From NCBI RefSeq assembly GCF_006345805.1, contig NC_042998.1, positions 138,198,001 to 138,262,000 of the forward strand: DNA of 64,000 bases. The letters run 5' to 3'. Below the pieces are notes generated by a model that was not told the DNA's origin, searched no databases, and was given only the letters and a program-made list of their open reading frames with translations. The position numbers and the translations under genes were made by a program. This stretch comes from Octopus sinensis. Lineage: Eukaryota. This document shows, piece after piece, positions 12,637 through 27,489 of this stretch (positions within the stretch are counted from its first letter, which is position 1; the number at the start of each line of letters is the position of its first letter).

Positions 12637-13879
12637 CAGGGGTTGGACAAAATAATGGAAACACCTAGCATCATAGCATCATAATTTAAGAATATCTATA
12701 TAACCGTCAAAAGTTTATTTTTATGTTTTTTGATTTGTGTTCCTTAATATTTTTTGCTAAAATTGCTGTTTCTTTTCAGATATCATCAGAAAAAGGTAAT
12801 TAAAATTCATTAAAATGACAGATCTATCAGACTTTCAAAGTCCTTAAATTGTTGGTGCTCGTATGCCTGGCGCTAGCGTAACGAAAGCAGCCGAAATGTT
12901 TGGTATATCAAGAAGTACTGTCTCGAAAGTAATGACAGCCTTTGAGAAAGAGGGGAAAACCTCCTCGTCGAAACAAAACTCCGGAAGAAAACCAAAACTT
13001 TCAGATATGGACCGTCGGACTCTTACGCGAGTTGTTAGAAAGGATGACAAAAGTACAGCTCACAAAATTACTGCAGAGCTTAATGCACACTTCGAGAACT
13101 CAGTTTCCACAAAAACTATTCACCGAGAGCTGCACAAAGCCGGATTTCACGGGAGGGCTGCAATCAGAAAAGCACTACTTTCAAAAACAAACGTTGCAAA
13201 GCGTTTAGAACGGAGTAAAAATCTACAGAATTAGTCCCTAGAGCAGTGGAAGAATGTTATGTTCTCAGACGAGTCATCCTTTACCTTATTTCCGACCACC
13301 AGCCGAGTATACGTGTGGAGACAGCCAAAAGAAGCATTTGACCCAGACTGCCTTCTTCCAACTGTTAAACATGGAGGAGGATCTGTGATGATCTGGGGGC
13401 TATAGCTTGGAAATCCGTCGGCCCATTGGTTTCCCTCTTCATGGCAGAATTAATAGTCAAGACTATTTAAGCATTTTATCTGATCAAAGTCATCCTATGG
13501 TTGCGGAATTGTTACCGGAGGGAAACGCAATCTTTCAGGCTAATAATACACCAATTTACACAACAAAAGTTGTTACTGAATGGCACGGAACATCTAATCT
13601 GGCCATCACAGTCCCCAAATCTCAATATTATTGAACATTATGGTGCATTTTTAGAAAAACAAGTCAGGAGTCGATATCTTCCACCATCATCACTACAAGA
13701 ACTAGACACTGTCTAAGCTGAAAACTGGACAAAAATTCCTTTGGAAACAATTCAAACTTTGTAGGAGCCCGTACCTCGTAGAGTTCAAGCTTTAATTACT
13801 GCCAAAGGCGGTCCTACCCCATATTACAATAAATTTGTTTGAAATTTTAAGGTGTTTCCATTATTTTGTCCAACCCCAT
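12637..13879 (+). mobile_element. Tc1-family DNA transposon, near full length
   Basis: TIRs CAGGGGTTGGACAAAATAATGGAAACACCT (12637-12666) and AGGTGTTTCCATTATTTTGTCCAACCCC (13850-13877); TA flank on the left. Confidence 0.95.
12815..13827 (+). pseudogene. Tc1 transposase pseudogene
   Basis: MTDLSDFQ..HTH..SGRKPKLS; W.NVMFSDES; VKHGGGSVMIWG; IFQ..N.PI; WPSQSPNLNIIEH; GGPTPY; stops and frameshifts present. Confidence 0.92.
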
Positions 13880-14091
13880 TTATTCTTTTACTTTTTTCAA
13901 TTATTTGACTGCGGCGATGCTGGGAAACTGCTTTTAGTCGAACAAATCGACCCCAGAACTTATTCATTGCCAGCCTAATACTTATTCTATCGGTATCTTT
14001 TATCAAACCGCTAAGTTACGGGGGCGTAAGCACACCAGCATCGGTTGTTAAGCGATGGTGGAGGGACATAAACACACACATACACACACAC

Positions 14092-14147
<56 letters not shown>

Positions 14148-14309
14148 CGACAGGTTCCTTTCCATTTTTGTGTGACCAAATCTCACAAGGCTTTTTCGGC
14201 CCGACGCTGTTGTAATAGGAGACATTTGCCCAAGGTGTCATGCAGGGACCTGAACCCGGAACGATGTGGATGGGAAGCAAACTAATTGCTACACAGCCAC
14301 TCCTGCACC
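13880..14309 (-). mobile_element. SINE family A
   Basis: Full head-core-microsatellite-tail organisation. Confidence 0.85.
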
Positions 14310-14995
14310 ATGTATATATGCATATATATATTATTTATATTATTATATGATTGAATGTCACACATCCCCTTCCATGTTTTTCTCTTTTTTCTCTCTCTTA
14401 TTCTTTTACCTCCTCTTCTCCCACTAATCTATCCTATTACTCTGTCACTCTGCCTCCCTCCTCCTATATTGCTCACGTGGCTCCCACGTGACCATCGGCC
14501 ATCTTTTTCTCTTTCTCAAGAAGAAGTGTTCTTGTTTTTCCCCTGTCCTAGCTTGAGTGATGCGTTCGCCACCACAACCCTGTTTAGGCTTAACAGCCTT
14601 TCCTGTTTGTTTTCACTGTCATGTTTGTGTCACAAATTTTGGCTCTCCGCAAAATCCCCAATCTTATTTAATTTGCTTTGCAGGAGCAACTGTGTTATTG
14701 CAAGCGTATATTGTTGAAATGCTCGAAATACGAGACTAGAAAAACATCCAACAACTGATGAAGGGTCGTTCTTTATGTTGTTTGTTTTCCATTTGTGTCT
14801 TCCGTTGTTCGAGAGAATAGTTCATAATCCATGTACTCGTACTTCGTACTTTTTTGTTGTACACGTTTCGTGACGTCCTGTGCCCACATATACATATATA
14901 TACATATATATATACGTATAGATGTATGTACATATACATATGTATATAAGCATACATATATATTATTTATATCATTATATATAATATATATAATA

Positions 14996-15045
<50 letters not shown>

Positions 15046-15188
15046 GAATGTGTTTGAGAGAGATAGAGAGGTAGATAGATACACAGACACACATATTCCC
15101 ACTCACCTATATGCTTCATTTACATAGATATATAATACATACATATATCTATAGATTTTCATCAGGTTATCTGACACACACACCCACA

Positions 15189-15239
<51 letters not shown>

Positions 15240-15351
15240 ATATGATACATACATATATACATACATACTACATACATACATACATACATACATACATACA
15301 TACATACACATATACTATATATATATATATAATATATATACACAATATATA

Positions 15352-15403
<52 letters not shown>

Positions 15404-15405
15404 TA

Positions 15406-15457
<52 letters not shown>

Positions 15458-16102
15458 CTACACCCCACACTCACATCATGCGTGTTTGTGTATCGACGAA
15501 CTAACTTACCTGTATAAATACATATATGCGTGTAAACATGTCTCGCTGTAATAAATATCACAGTAAAATCAATGCTCTTCCGTTTTCACAATGGCGAAAA
15601 AGCTGCTTAACAACTTCCGCCTTTTACTGTATTTATTCTTCTCTGCCTTCTACCGAACTCAGCAATCGCAGTTCCTGTTGTTTCTATAGTTATTGTCACT
15701 GTTGTTTGTGTTTTGCTGGGTGTTGATTGATGTTTTGGGGCTATTGTTCCAATTATACTAGTTATCGTTGTTTTTCTTGTGTTGACCCATTCAGCCGTAG
15801 TTGAGTACAACCTCCTCTCTTTCCTGCTGTTAGTAATAGTAGTATTGGTAATAACGAAAGTAGTATTGACGTTGTTGTTGCTGCTCTTGTCGTGGTGGTG
15901 GTGATAGTGGGGATAGTGGTGCTAATGATGGTGATAGTTGTGGTAGCGACATTAGGAGTTGAAGTCAATATTGTTGATAGGGCACAATCTCGCTTCTCAA
16001 GGTAGATGATATTTATTGTTGCCCTTGTTTTTGTTGCTGTTATTGTTGTTGTTGTTGTTTTTCTTCTTCTTCTTCTTCCTTTCCTCCTCTTCTTCTTATT
16101 GC

Positions 16103-16172
<70 letters not shown>

Positions 16173-16227
16173 GTTGTTGTTATTATTATTATTGTTATTA
16201 TTTTTATTATTATCATCATCATCATCA

Positions 16228-16283
<56 letters not shown>

Positions 16284-16431
16284 TATTTTTTACGAAATAT
16301 ATAAGATAAGATATATTATGATATATTTCATTATTATATATATATATGATATAAAAGATGCATACTAAATATTATTATATATTATATATTATTATATATA
16401 TACACATATATAGATATATAGATATTATATA

Positions 16432-16464
<33 letters not shown>

Positions 16465-16499
16465 ATAATAATATTATATATATATATATACAATATATT

Positions 16500-16530
<31 letters not shown>

Positions 16531-17168
16531 CTACACCCCACACTCACATGCGTGTTTGTGTATCGACGAACTAACTACCTGTATAATTACATATATGCGT
16601 GTCAACATGTCTCGCTGTAATAAATATCACAGTAAAATCAATGCTCTTCCGTTTCACAATGGCGAAAAAGCTGCTTAACAACTTCCGCCTTTTACTGTTT
16701 ATTCTTCTCTGCCTTCTACCGAACTCAGCAATCGCAGTTCCGGTTGTTTCTAGTTATTGTCACTGTTGTTTGTGTTTTGCTGGGTGTTGATTGATGTTTT
16801 GGGGCTATTGTTCCAATTATACTAGTTATCGTTGTTTTTCTTGTGTTGACCCATTCAGCCGTAGTTGAGTACAACCTCCTCTCTTTCCTGCTGTTAGTAA
16901 TAGTAGTATTGGTAATAACGAAAGTAGTATTGACGTTGTTGTTGCTGCTCTTGTTCGTGGTGGTGGTGATAGTGGGGATAGTGGTGCTAATGATGGTGAT
17001 AGTTGTGGTAGCGACATTAGGAGTTGAAGTCAATATTGTTGATAGGGCACAATCTCGCTTCTCAAGGTAGATGATATTTATTGTTGCCCTTGTTTTTGTT
17101 GCTGTTATTGTTGTTGTTGTTGTTTTTCTTCTTCTTCTTCTTCCTTTCCTCCTCTTCTTCTTATTGCT

Positions 17169-17237
<69 letters not shown>

Positions 17238-17309
17238 GTTGTTTGTTATTATATTGTTTTATTATTTTTATTATTATCATCATCATCATCATCATTATTA
17301 TTATTATTA

Positions 17310-17350
<41 letters not shown>

Positions 17351-17500
17351 TACGAATATATAAGATAAGATATATTGATATATTTCATTTTATATATATA
17401 TATGATATAAAAGATGCATTACTAAATATTATTATCTATTATATATTATTATATATAACACATGTATATATATTAATATATATATATATATATATATATA
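15458..17500. repeat. Tandem duplication, period ~1.07 kb (copies start at 15458 and 16531)
   Basis: ctacaccccacactcacat...gcacaatctcgcttctcaaggtag...(TTA)n is repeated; differences are mostly 1-3 nt indels. Confidence 0.95.
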
Positions 17501-17964
17501 ATACCTGTTTTTATTTTATTGTTGCTTCTGGTTGTTGTTATTGTTCATGTTGACGAGAAATCAAAAAGAAAAAAATCTCGTTCATAAACTTTAACAATAG
17601 AGCGACGTTTGTGATAATTGCTATTGATTTTGTTGCTGTTTGCTATTGTTAAAGCTGTTATCATTTTTGTAGTTTTTTTTTTATTATTGCTTATCTTATT
17701 GTTGCTGTTATGGTTGTAGTTGCTTGTGGTAGTGACAGTGACCCCATCCGGTTGACCGTAAGCAAGAAGTCTTATGATCAAAGCTCTCAAGCCGTAACCA
17801 CTACATCTTTCTATATTACACTACATTGTACAATAACGCCCCTACTTTTAAGACAGCGGGGTATGGCTTGATGGAAATTTGTTGCTATTTCTAGCAGGCA
17901 GAGCACTCACATGGAGAATCCTTCTGCCGTTGCTGTCTCTGTTGTATATATGCGATTGCCCTTT

Positions 17965-18445
17965 ATCAATTACTTCTTTCAATCATTGGACAGCGAACAT
18001 GTTGGGAAACCGCATTGAGGGGATTTTGTCGAACAAATCGACTTCAATAAATTATGTTTTTAGTTTTTAGGAGTGGTAACATTTCTATCGAACTCTTTTG
18101 CCGAAGCGTTAATTTACGGGAACGTAAACCAGCACCGATATGGAGACTTAATCAAACCAGAACCAGTTGTCAAGCGCTCATGGGGACACACACACACACA
18201 CACACATACACACACATACAGACACACACACTATCTCTCTCTATCACACACACACACACACACTCACACACATTATATTACATGATTGGCTTCCATAGTT
18301 TCCATCTACCAAACTCGAGCACAAGGCATTGGTTGACCCGTGGCTATAGTAGAATATATTTGCTCAAGGTGCAGCGCAGTGGGACTGAAAGTGAAACCAC
18401 ATGGCTGGAAGCGAGCTTCTTAACCACACAACCGTACTTGCGTCT
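17965..18445 (-). mobile_element. SINE family A, diverged
   Basis: Tail, internal (CA)n, core and tRNA-like head are recognisable. Confidence 0.8.
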
Positions 18446-19925
18446 GTAGATAACTTTTTTCAGAAGACATTGCACCTAATCTAGCGGTAAGATAATCTAG
18501 ATTAACTGCCATACTTACAGAGACATCAAAACGCTTAGAAAAAGAAATCCCAGTCACCTGATTTAGCCCCACTTAACCCTCATGACCTTAGCAGAGTCCA
18601 CTTTGTTGTTAGCTTTTGGATCAGCACCCTCCCCGTTTAATGATAACTTCCTCTTTCCCTACCCCCATTCTCGAAGGTCCTTCGAAAGGTAATAGGGGTT
18701 ACCCTTCCTTCACCGACTAAGCTATATGATATTTTTAATAAATCTCACATCTGAACTTTGTTATTCTTTTGACGCAAGTCAGATCTTATGAAGCTGATTC
18801 TATAATCAAAGACACTCCAAGCAGGATCAGCTTGAAAATGTTTATGCTTAAGCTATCATGTCCAACTATTTCTCACAAGTTGAATGAACTCATAGAGACT
18901 CCCTCGTTGATTCATGTCTAGGCGTCTCCAGTTTCTAAAAGTGCTATGCTTAGCTCCACTTACATGGCATTAAATAATCAAAAGAAAAATCTCTGTCTCC
19001 ACCTTTCTCTTTCTCTCTGTTTATTTCAAGAAATTTTACATAGTTCTCTAACATTTTACATAGTTCAACCTAAACATGTGTGAAATACAAAATAGGAAAT
19101 TTGAAAGACGTTTCTATAAAGCTAATTTTTAAACATCGAATTACCATGAGGCTGCGGTGGGGGTGTCCACCGGAATAAAATAGTAATCAAAGGGATCTAT
19201 AGATAAAAATTAGTTGAGAAATCCTGTTCTACATAATATGTTAATCTACCGCAAGTACTATTCCTAGATAATCTAGTATCAACTCATACTGATAAGTCAA
19301 CACCTGTGCATAAATTTCTAATTAAATCTATTCGTTTCTATCTCCATTTCTCTTTCTGCTAATCATTCTGGCCCAGACTCTGTCGATGTCGATGTAAGAC
19401 ACTGCACAACTGCTAAGAAGCTGCACAGATCTAGGAACCCAATGCTAATTTATATATGTCATTGGTTGTGCATGTAAGAGCCTCGGTACATTGCTCACTC
19501 TAGAGGTCCTACAGCGTTGTTAAAACAATCTTGCAAAGAAAGCTACACACAGAAAGTCTTTTTATATAATAGACAGAAAACGAGCTCTGTGCTGTAGAAG
19601 CCTCACATTGTGTCTAACAGACTACTATAAAAGCAAAAGCGGTGAGAGAAAGCTAGTAATACTAATATTCAATAAGATGAATTGATAAACAAATTTTAAA
19701 TATCCAGCAAAAAATTTGGATAATGGAGGGAAAAATAGATGCTACATGTTTTCTGGATGCTAAACGCTAAAATAGTGCATATTACTTTCGCAACAGAGAG
19801 AACCTTCTCCAAACGAGAAGACACTATGCTGCTAGATAGATTATATATATTACTACATAGACGATATATATACATACATACTGAGAAAGTGAGGTGGGGA
19901 GAGAGAGACAGGGACAGACAGACAA

Positions 19926-20006
<81 letters not shown>

Positions 20007-20399
20007 AAAATATATAGAAGACAGCGAATTGGTCGAGTTGAAGTTAGAATTCCTTGCTTTAATCGATCTACCTCTTTGCGCACTGGGTTCAATTATCAGC
20101 CTAGTAAAACTTTGCTTTTCATCATTCTGGTGTCTATAAATAAAGTGCAAAGCTTGAACAAGAGTCGATTCTTCTCTTTGATTCCATCTTCCTTTCTATT
20201 ATTTCTTTTTCTTGGAAAAGTTTGACCCAGAGGATGGACATTGCCAAATCTTAAGATGTTCATGACAATTTCGACGACGGCCCTGCGATACCATGAGGAT
20301 TTGAGGAGTCAAGGTAAAGTAAAATATAAATGAAAGGAGTAGAGTAAAACAGAGAGCGATAGAGATAAAGTGTTATATATATATACTCGGATTCTTCCA

Positions 20400-23010
20400 T
20401 CTTACCCATACTCCGCACCACATCTTACCGCCTTATGCGGGCCACCATTCGCTCCAATCTCTCCAAACTACATGCCATCAACCGCCTTCTTCTCCTGCTT
20501 CTCCACCTTCTTCTCCTCTCTGCCGCTCTCTATGCTCCAAACACGCTACGCTTCATTATCCATTTGAATCAACTCTTCCATCAATTTCTTTCTGATACCA
20601 AACTTCGTAAACTCCAATCACTCTTCCATTCCACCCTACCCGACGCCACTACCCCAACTCCTCCACCACCCTTCTCCCCTCCCGATAGGCTCCATCACCC
20701 ACACCTAACCACCCACTGCCCCTCCCTACAACCCCTTCTCCCCTCCCGTTAGGCTCCATCCACCTACACCTAACCCTACTGCCCGCCCACCCACCCCCCA
20801 CACACCTCCCCAATCCCTCCCCCTCAGACCTCAACGAGACCTACCACCCCTCCTACTTCTATTCCAACCCCCCCTTCTCCACTTCCGTCTGTTGTTACCA
20901 TTCCCCCCGATCTTCCCCTCTCTGCGGCTGAAACGCTCCGTCCTTGGTAGGGGTCTGCGTTTCATCCCTCCTCCCTCCATCCTGTAAGGATTCCAGACGC
21001 GAGTTGATGTCCACAGTTTGTGCGCCGTGTCCGGTTGGGTGCGCATTACACCACGACTCGCCACCCACACCCAACGAAGAGGACGACTGCTTCACTGGCC
21101 TGGGCCGCCGACCATCCCCGTGGACGGCCTGCCCCTGCCAGATTCCTAGCAGTGGATCTTTTCGCGGGCGCTTGTCAGCGTGCATTGGAGCGGTTCACTT
21201 CTCCAGCGCCAACGCCGCCTCAACATCTCCCCGGCTGAGCTCTTGGCTCTTCGTTCCCTCCAACGGCGCGCTGACATTATCATCAAACCGGCTGACAAGG
21301 GGTGGAGCTGTAGGGTGTGTGGCGCGCGGAACCTCTATAGGGCCGAGGCTTTCCGCCAACGCAATGACAACTCCTCTATTCCCCTCTGCCCTCTAACCCC
21401 AACACGTAGCTACCAACAGACGGTATCCTCTACTGTCCAAGACCTCATTCTCGTCTCCCGTCTCCCCCGAACCGCATCCAACCTAATTGTGGCGAACCCA
21501 CGTACCCCACCATTTACTTCCTCCCCAAAATCAACAAAACCAACAAACCGTGGCCGCCCCATCGTCTCCGCCTGTAACTGCCCCACGGAGCTCATCTCTA
21601 AATACCTCGACCGTGTCCTTGCCCCCCTAGTGGCATCTCTTCCCTCCCACATCCACGATACCAACCATGCTCTCCGGCTTTCAACTCTTTCTCCTTTCCT
21701 CTCCCGGCTCCTCCAAAATCCTTTTTACTATGGACATCCAAAGCCTCTATACTGTTATCCCTCACCACGAAGGACTGCAGGCCCTTCGACACTTCTTGAC
21801 CTCCGCTCTAACCACCTGATTCGCTGGCCGAGTTCTCCCATCAGGTTCTCGGGAGTGGCCATGGGAACGCGATGGGCCCCAACTATGCGAACCTGTTCGT
21901 TGGCTATGTTGAGGCCCAAATATTCTCTAATTTCACTGGTTCCCACTCCTGAACTATATGGTCGTTATATTGACGACATTATCGGTGCCACCTCACTCTC
22001 CCGCGAACATCTAGATTCCTTCCTCTCCTTCGTCCAATCTTTCATCCCGCCCTCCAACTTCACTTCCACTATCTCCAACACCTCTGTCTCCTTCCTCGAC
22101 ATTTCGGTTAGCATTCTTCACTCCACTCTTACCACCCCTCCATTCACTACAAACACACAGACTCACACTCATACCTCAACTTCTCTTCTTCCACCCAGAA
22201 CACAACCAAGCTTTCCATCCCCTATTCCCAATTCCTCCGTCTACGTAGGCTCTGTAGTGGACGACCATGACTTTGAGACTCAGTCTCAACGTATGGCTCA
22301 CCACTCACCCTACGTGGATACCCCCTCACCACTATCCACACCGCCCCCTTGCCAGAGCACGGTCCGTGGACCGTGTATCTGCTCTCTCTCCCCGAAACCG
22401 CCCTGTAGTCTCCCGCCTCCCTTTTTCCCCTCACTTACCACCCACGACCCTACGTCTCCAACGCACCATTCTTGAGCTTTCCGTCATCTCCAGTCCGACC
22501 CGTCCACTTCACACCTTCCCTAAACCGACCCCTCTCCTCTTTCAAACGAGCCCACACCTTCGAGACTTTTGGTCCTAGCTCCTTCCCTGAACCCTACCTC
22601 CCAACCCGGCTCGTTCCCCTGCTCCCGCCCCACGTTGCCGCACTTGCCCTTACCTCTCCAACACCCCCCCTCACTAGCACCCACCATCGACCCTATCCCA
22701 TCATCCACTCCTTCACCTGCACCTCCAGCAATATTATCTCTTGCTCTCTCTGCAATTCCTTGTACATCGGACAAACGGGACGCCGCTTGGCTGACCGGTT
22801 CGCGGAACACCTTCGTGACATCCACCTTGCGACGACACACCGGTCTCACGCCATTTCCGCTCAACCGGTCACTCCTTGCATACCTATCTGTGTTCGGTTT
22901 GTCCTTACACAGAGGCCATCCGGATTCCCGTTTGCGCCGTGAACAGGAATTAATTTTCTCTCTTCGCTCTTTACGCCATTTGGTCTCAACTCTCCCCCCC
23001 TCTCTCATCT
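20400..23010 (+). pseudogene. Penelope-like element RT plus GIY-YIG ORF, heavily frameshifted
   Basis: IIIKPADKG; GRPIVSAC.CPTELISKYLD; TMDIQSLYTVIP; GVAMGTR; YGRYIDD; SFLD; C..C..LYIGQTGRRLADRFAEH. Confidence 0.92.
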
Positions 23011-23781
23011 TAACCCCCCTCCCCCTCCTAACCTATCCTTTCTCCCCCGACCCCTACTTCTTCAGTCCTTCATCCTTTTCACCCCTACTCCCCTTCCCTT
23101 CTTCCCTCTTTCTCCCTCCCTCTTCCCCTTCCCTCTGCTCCCTCTCTCCTTTCCTTCTCTCCCCCTCCTCTCCTCTTCCCCCTTCTCCTCCCCCTCTTCT
23201 TCCCCTCCCCTTCTCTCCCCCTCTTCTCCCCCTCCCCCTCTTCTCTCACTACACCACATGACTTTACACATCACATCACATATGATGTGCCATACTAATA
23301 CACACACCAACTAATACATACTATACGTACTAATACATACTAGTCCATACTAATACTCACACCAACCCTATACATACACACGTCCAGACCCCGCATACGC
23401 ACTTTACTCTCTCACACACACACACCCTATACATACCAATACGTACTAATACATACTAAACATACTATACATACACCACCCCTACATATCGCACGTCCGA
23501 CCAATCCTACGCACTAATACTCTCTCATACACACACCACACACACACCCTTATACATACTAATACATACACCAACCCTATACATACACCACATCCAGACC
23601 CCTCCACGCACTTTTAGCTGGTCCCTCAACCCTTTTATCAACCCTATAATCTCCCTTATTTCGCTCTCGCGTCTCATGTTTGATCTTTGACCTCTGCCGA
23701 AATCAGATCGCCATGTTGATCGTTAGCTACTGCACGCATTTTTTTTTCTCTCCTTCTTTCTGTGTTTTCTCTCTCTGTGTA

Positions 23782-23819
23782 TCTTTCTGTTGAAGAGCGT
23801 AGGCTCGAAACGTTAAAGA
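23782..23819 (+). ncRNA. Minimal type I hammerhead-like motif, variant core CUGUUGA
   Basis: tcttt-CTGTTGA-a-gagc(gtag)gctc-GAAACGTT-aaaga: stems I and II pair, stem III is the palindrome ACGT. Confidence 0.7.
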
Positions 23820-23921
23820 CTTGTTTATTTATATTCCTGAGCGCCATACTAATACAATTGTTCGTTTTGTTTTTCACCTGCCTCGTCTTTTGTTTATTTT
23901 CATAAATTTCCCGTTATATAT

Positions 23922-24001
<80 letters not shown>

Positions 24002-24010
24002 GCATATATA

Positions 24011-24043
<33 letters not shown>

Positions 24044-24090
24044 ATAATACTACAATGAATTTGAGTGATACTACAAATGATAGAACTACA

Positions 24091-24121
<31 letters not shown>

Positions 24122-24157
24122 ATTAATAATAATAATAATACTAATAGCAATATCCCC

Positions 24158-24575
24158 AGCTGCAATTGTAGGGTAAGATCCTAATGCCCGCTATTAGGTC
24201 GATGTTTAGCCCAAAATGTTGTTTACATATGTACAGTAATGACTGAAACTAGTAACTTTATTTACATCGGATGCTCGAGAAATACGAAGAAACGCCTTAA
24301 CCATCTTTCATCTTTTAGATTTAAACATAAAGCTAACGGTGCATCATTATCTTGTAAAATCCGGGATAGCAATAGTAAATTTAGCCTCAAATGGGATATA
24401 ATAGGAGGATCTCAGCCATACAAAGATAGCCGATATGGATGCGAACTATGTTGTATAGAAATTTACAAAATTTTAAAGTATACAGATAAGAATAACCTAA
24501 TTAATTATAGATTAAACTTTAGGGTATCTTGTGTGCATAGGATTACCTGTACTTTCAAATATTTTAGAAGCAAAT
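24158..24575 (+). pseudogene. Penelope-like GIY-YIG endonuclease fragment (Naiad-like Cys/His pattern)
   Basis: CNCR..CP..G.C..NVVY.C.V..YIG..KKR..H.SSF..W.I..C.LC..E..LIN.R..C.H. Confidence 0.75.
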
Positions 24576-25329
24576 ATTATACATATTATACTATGATTTG
24601 GTTGCAGGAATTATTTGGGGTATCATATCTTTCATAACATACCCTCTATTGTATGGAATTATACGTTATATTGCCTTCTTATAACCCCTACCTGTTTAAT
24701 CTGCATTCATCCTATACTTAGACTTTCTTCCCTATCAGTCATATTAGGTATAGTTACAATTGATTACCAGATCTTATATCTCCCTTGAGTATATTATATA
24801 CCCCCTAAGAACTGTTATGATTCTACACACATCTGTGCCTGTAATAATATATCTTACAAATATTTTGTAATACCATTTCCAATGTTATCTTTATCTTATT
24901 TTATTTATCGTTTAATTAGCTTTTGTTATGAATACCATGACTTATCCTTATTTTGTTTATCTTTTAACTCTTTTTATATCCAGTATGTTTTTTATGGTAT
25001 TCAAAATGAAAAGAAAATTATCTTTATTTCTATCTTTTCATTTTATAAATCCTTTATTGAAATTTTATACAAATATTTTTTCCTTTTAGTCATTCTTATT
25101 TTATTCTATTTATTCCTTTATCTTATATTACATTATTGTATGTTGTATATCTATATACCATTATATATACTGGTGTAATTTCTATGGATTGTGAAACGGT
25201 TTGCAACTTATCTCTATTGTAATCATGATGCAATATAATACAACGTGGTATTTATATTTATTTTTTATTTATATTTTATTTAATTTCATATATATATACA
25301 TATATAGCAGAGGCGATTCCAGGTCATCA

Positions 25330-25488
25330 GCGTCACTCGGGCTCGAAGAATTTCACGTTTTCCCGCTTTATTTCTAACCCCAGATGGTTTCTTTTAATAT
25401 CTAACACTATGTCTTTCTCCATTTCTAAGTTAAGGGTAAAAATAAAGTAACCCTGCAAAACAAAACTGATCTTTACACACACACACAC

Positions 25489-25547
<59 letters not shown>

Positions 25548-26370
25548 TACCACCAACACACAGAATAACAGGAGTCAAAAAACGACAACAAACATCAGCG
25601 ATCTGACTGTCACCTGTACTCTTGACAAGAGATGCTGGATAATTTTTCGTTCCTTTAAAAATATCGTAGAATGGAAACTTTTCATAGATTGGAATTTAAA
25701 TCCTAATCTCTATAGAGATTAGGATTGTTTGAAGAAAACATTGAATTTGAATTTCCTTTAATTTTTTACGATTATAGATAATAACTCAGGTTGTAACTTC
25801 TGAGCCCGATTTTTTTACAGTGTTGGTAATTTTTATATAAATATATTTTTCCAAGGTTTTTAAATAAGTTAACCTGTTATAGAAATGCTTTTCTTATCTT
25901 TTTAGCCTTTAATCTTTGGTTTTGATTCAATAGAAAATGTGTACCCCTACTCAGATGAATTTAATTATGGATTCATTGTTGAATAGTTTTATCATGACTA
26001 CCTTAACATTATGCTAGGTAGAAGCACTATGAGATTTCTAGTTTATATAAAAGTACCCCACTTTATGGCTTAGATTGTTTTATCTATCCTTATTCTTTTA
26101 CTTGGTCCTTAAATCCTTTTCTAAATTTTAATATCTTAATATATAAATATTGCTAAGTTTGGATGCACATTTCCCCCGTAATTTTAATTCCCATACTTAG
26201 ATTTCATTGTGACCCCCTTTGTTTTCCATTTTAGGCCCACTTTAGTTAATAACCATATGTTAAGTCAACCCAAGCCTTCCTCTTTCTGGTTATCACCTCG
26301 TCTCTATAGAGATGCTAGCATCTTCTAAGACATATTATTTTATGTAGATATGGCTAATTTTATGGTCGCA
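25330..26370 (-). mobile_element. Possible highly degraded Penelope-like RT/pLTR remnant
   Basis: Minus-strand LYRDE and GPKME-like remnants near 26230-26315; CTGATGA near 25324-25330 next to (TA)n. Confidence 0.3.
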
Positions 26371-27489
26371 GTAAAACAGGAGTAGGGAAGAGCATATGAC
26401 ATTACTTAATTTATCACCAACAGCAAGAACTTAGATTGTAGACTACTTGCTGCATGTATTATCTTTTGAATGTGATAAGGATAAAGATGAATGTACCTAT
26501 ATCACCATTCCTCTATGTACGTATGTACGTATGTATATGTGTATGCATGAATATATATTTTTCTTTGAGATATATTCAAGTTCATAGAGTTCACTAATCA
26601 AGTGACAAAGCTCTTAAGGTAAGATCGTTCCCAGGTTTTGTAAATATGTGGTTGAGTTAGTATGTGTGTATATATGTAGGTGTAAGCACCTATACGTTTG
26701 CATAAACATGTCTCTATAGTACTGAAATGTTTCTGCGTATGCACGTGTATGTTTATAGTCCAAGCTGTTGGCCACAATTATATTCCTTTGCAGACTAGAT
26801 CTTACAAAAGGGTACATTGTTACAAAAAAAGAAGGTTAGGCGTTATGTGACTTTTCTGAATTTTGTTCTTTTTGGTTCCTGATAAAAATTATGAGAATCC
26901 TGTACACCATCAAGCGCAGTCATAGATATTCGAAAATTGTACTTAACAAGAAAAACTAACTAATGTCAAGAAATTATTAAATAAGTAAATAATTTTGAAA
27001 GAATTGTGCATTTTTCCACATTTTAAATAGTTTGGAGCAACAATCTTGAGCAAATTAACATTGTTGGACAAACTGCAGAATGTCAGCATGTTTTTACAGC
27101 AATTTATGTAAGATATAGTAAACTGATATGTCTATTTTAAGAACGCGCGCGCACACACACATTAATTATTGAAAATGGAAGCAATCCAACTTAACGTGAA
27201 TGCCTTGTTAGAACATCGAATGCTGCGTTATTAGCCTTGAGAGAACTTCTCATATAGGCGCTTGGTGCATAAAAATGCACACACAGACCGTAGCGGACGA
27301 AACATCCATCTTAAGTTGGATATAAAGACTACTACTACTACTACTACTTACTACTACTACTACTACTTACTACTACTACTACTACACACACACACACACA
27401 CACATGTATATGCACATATAACGGGGAGTAATATCCCCCCTAATTTTCAATCCACTTGTACAGCAGATAGACATGGAAGATATCAACAG

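Larger units (their letters stand above)
20390..23915 (+). mobile_element. Penelope-like retroelement including 3' pseudo-LTR, bounded by (TA)n
   Basis: ORF above, pyrimidine tract, imperfect catactaatacatacac repeats (23290-23610), hammerhead-like motif, ends at (TA)n. Confidence 0.8.
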
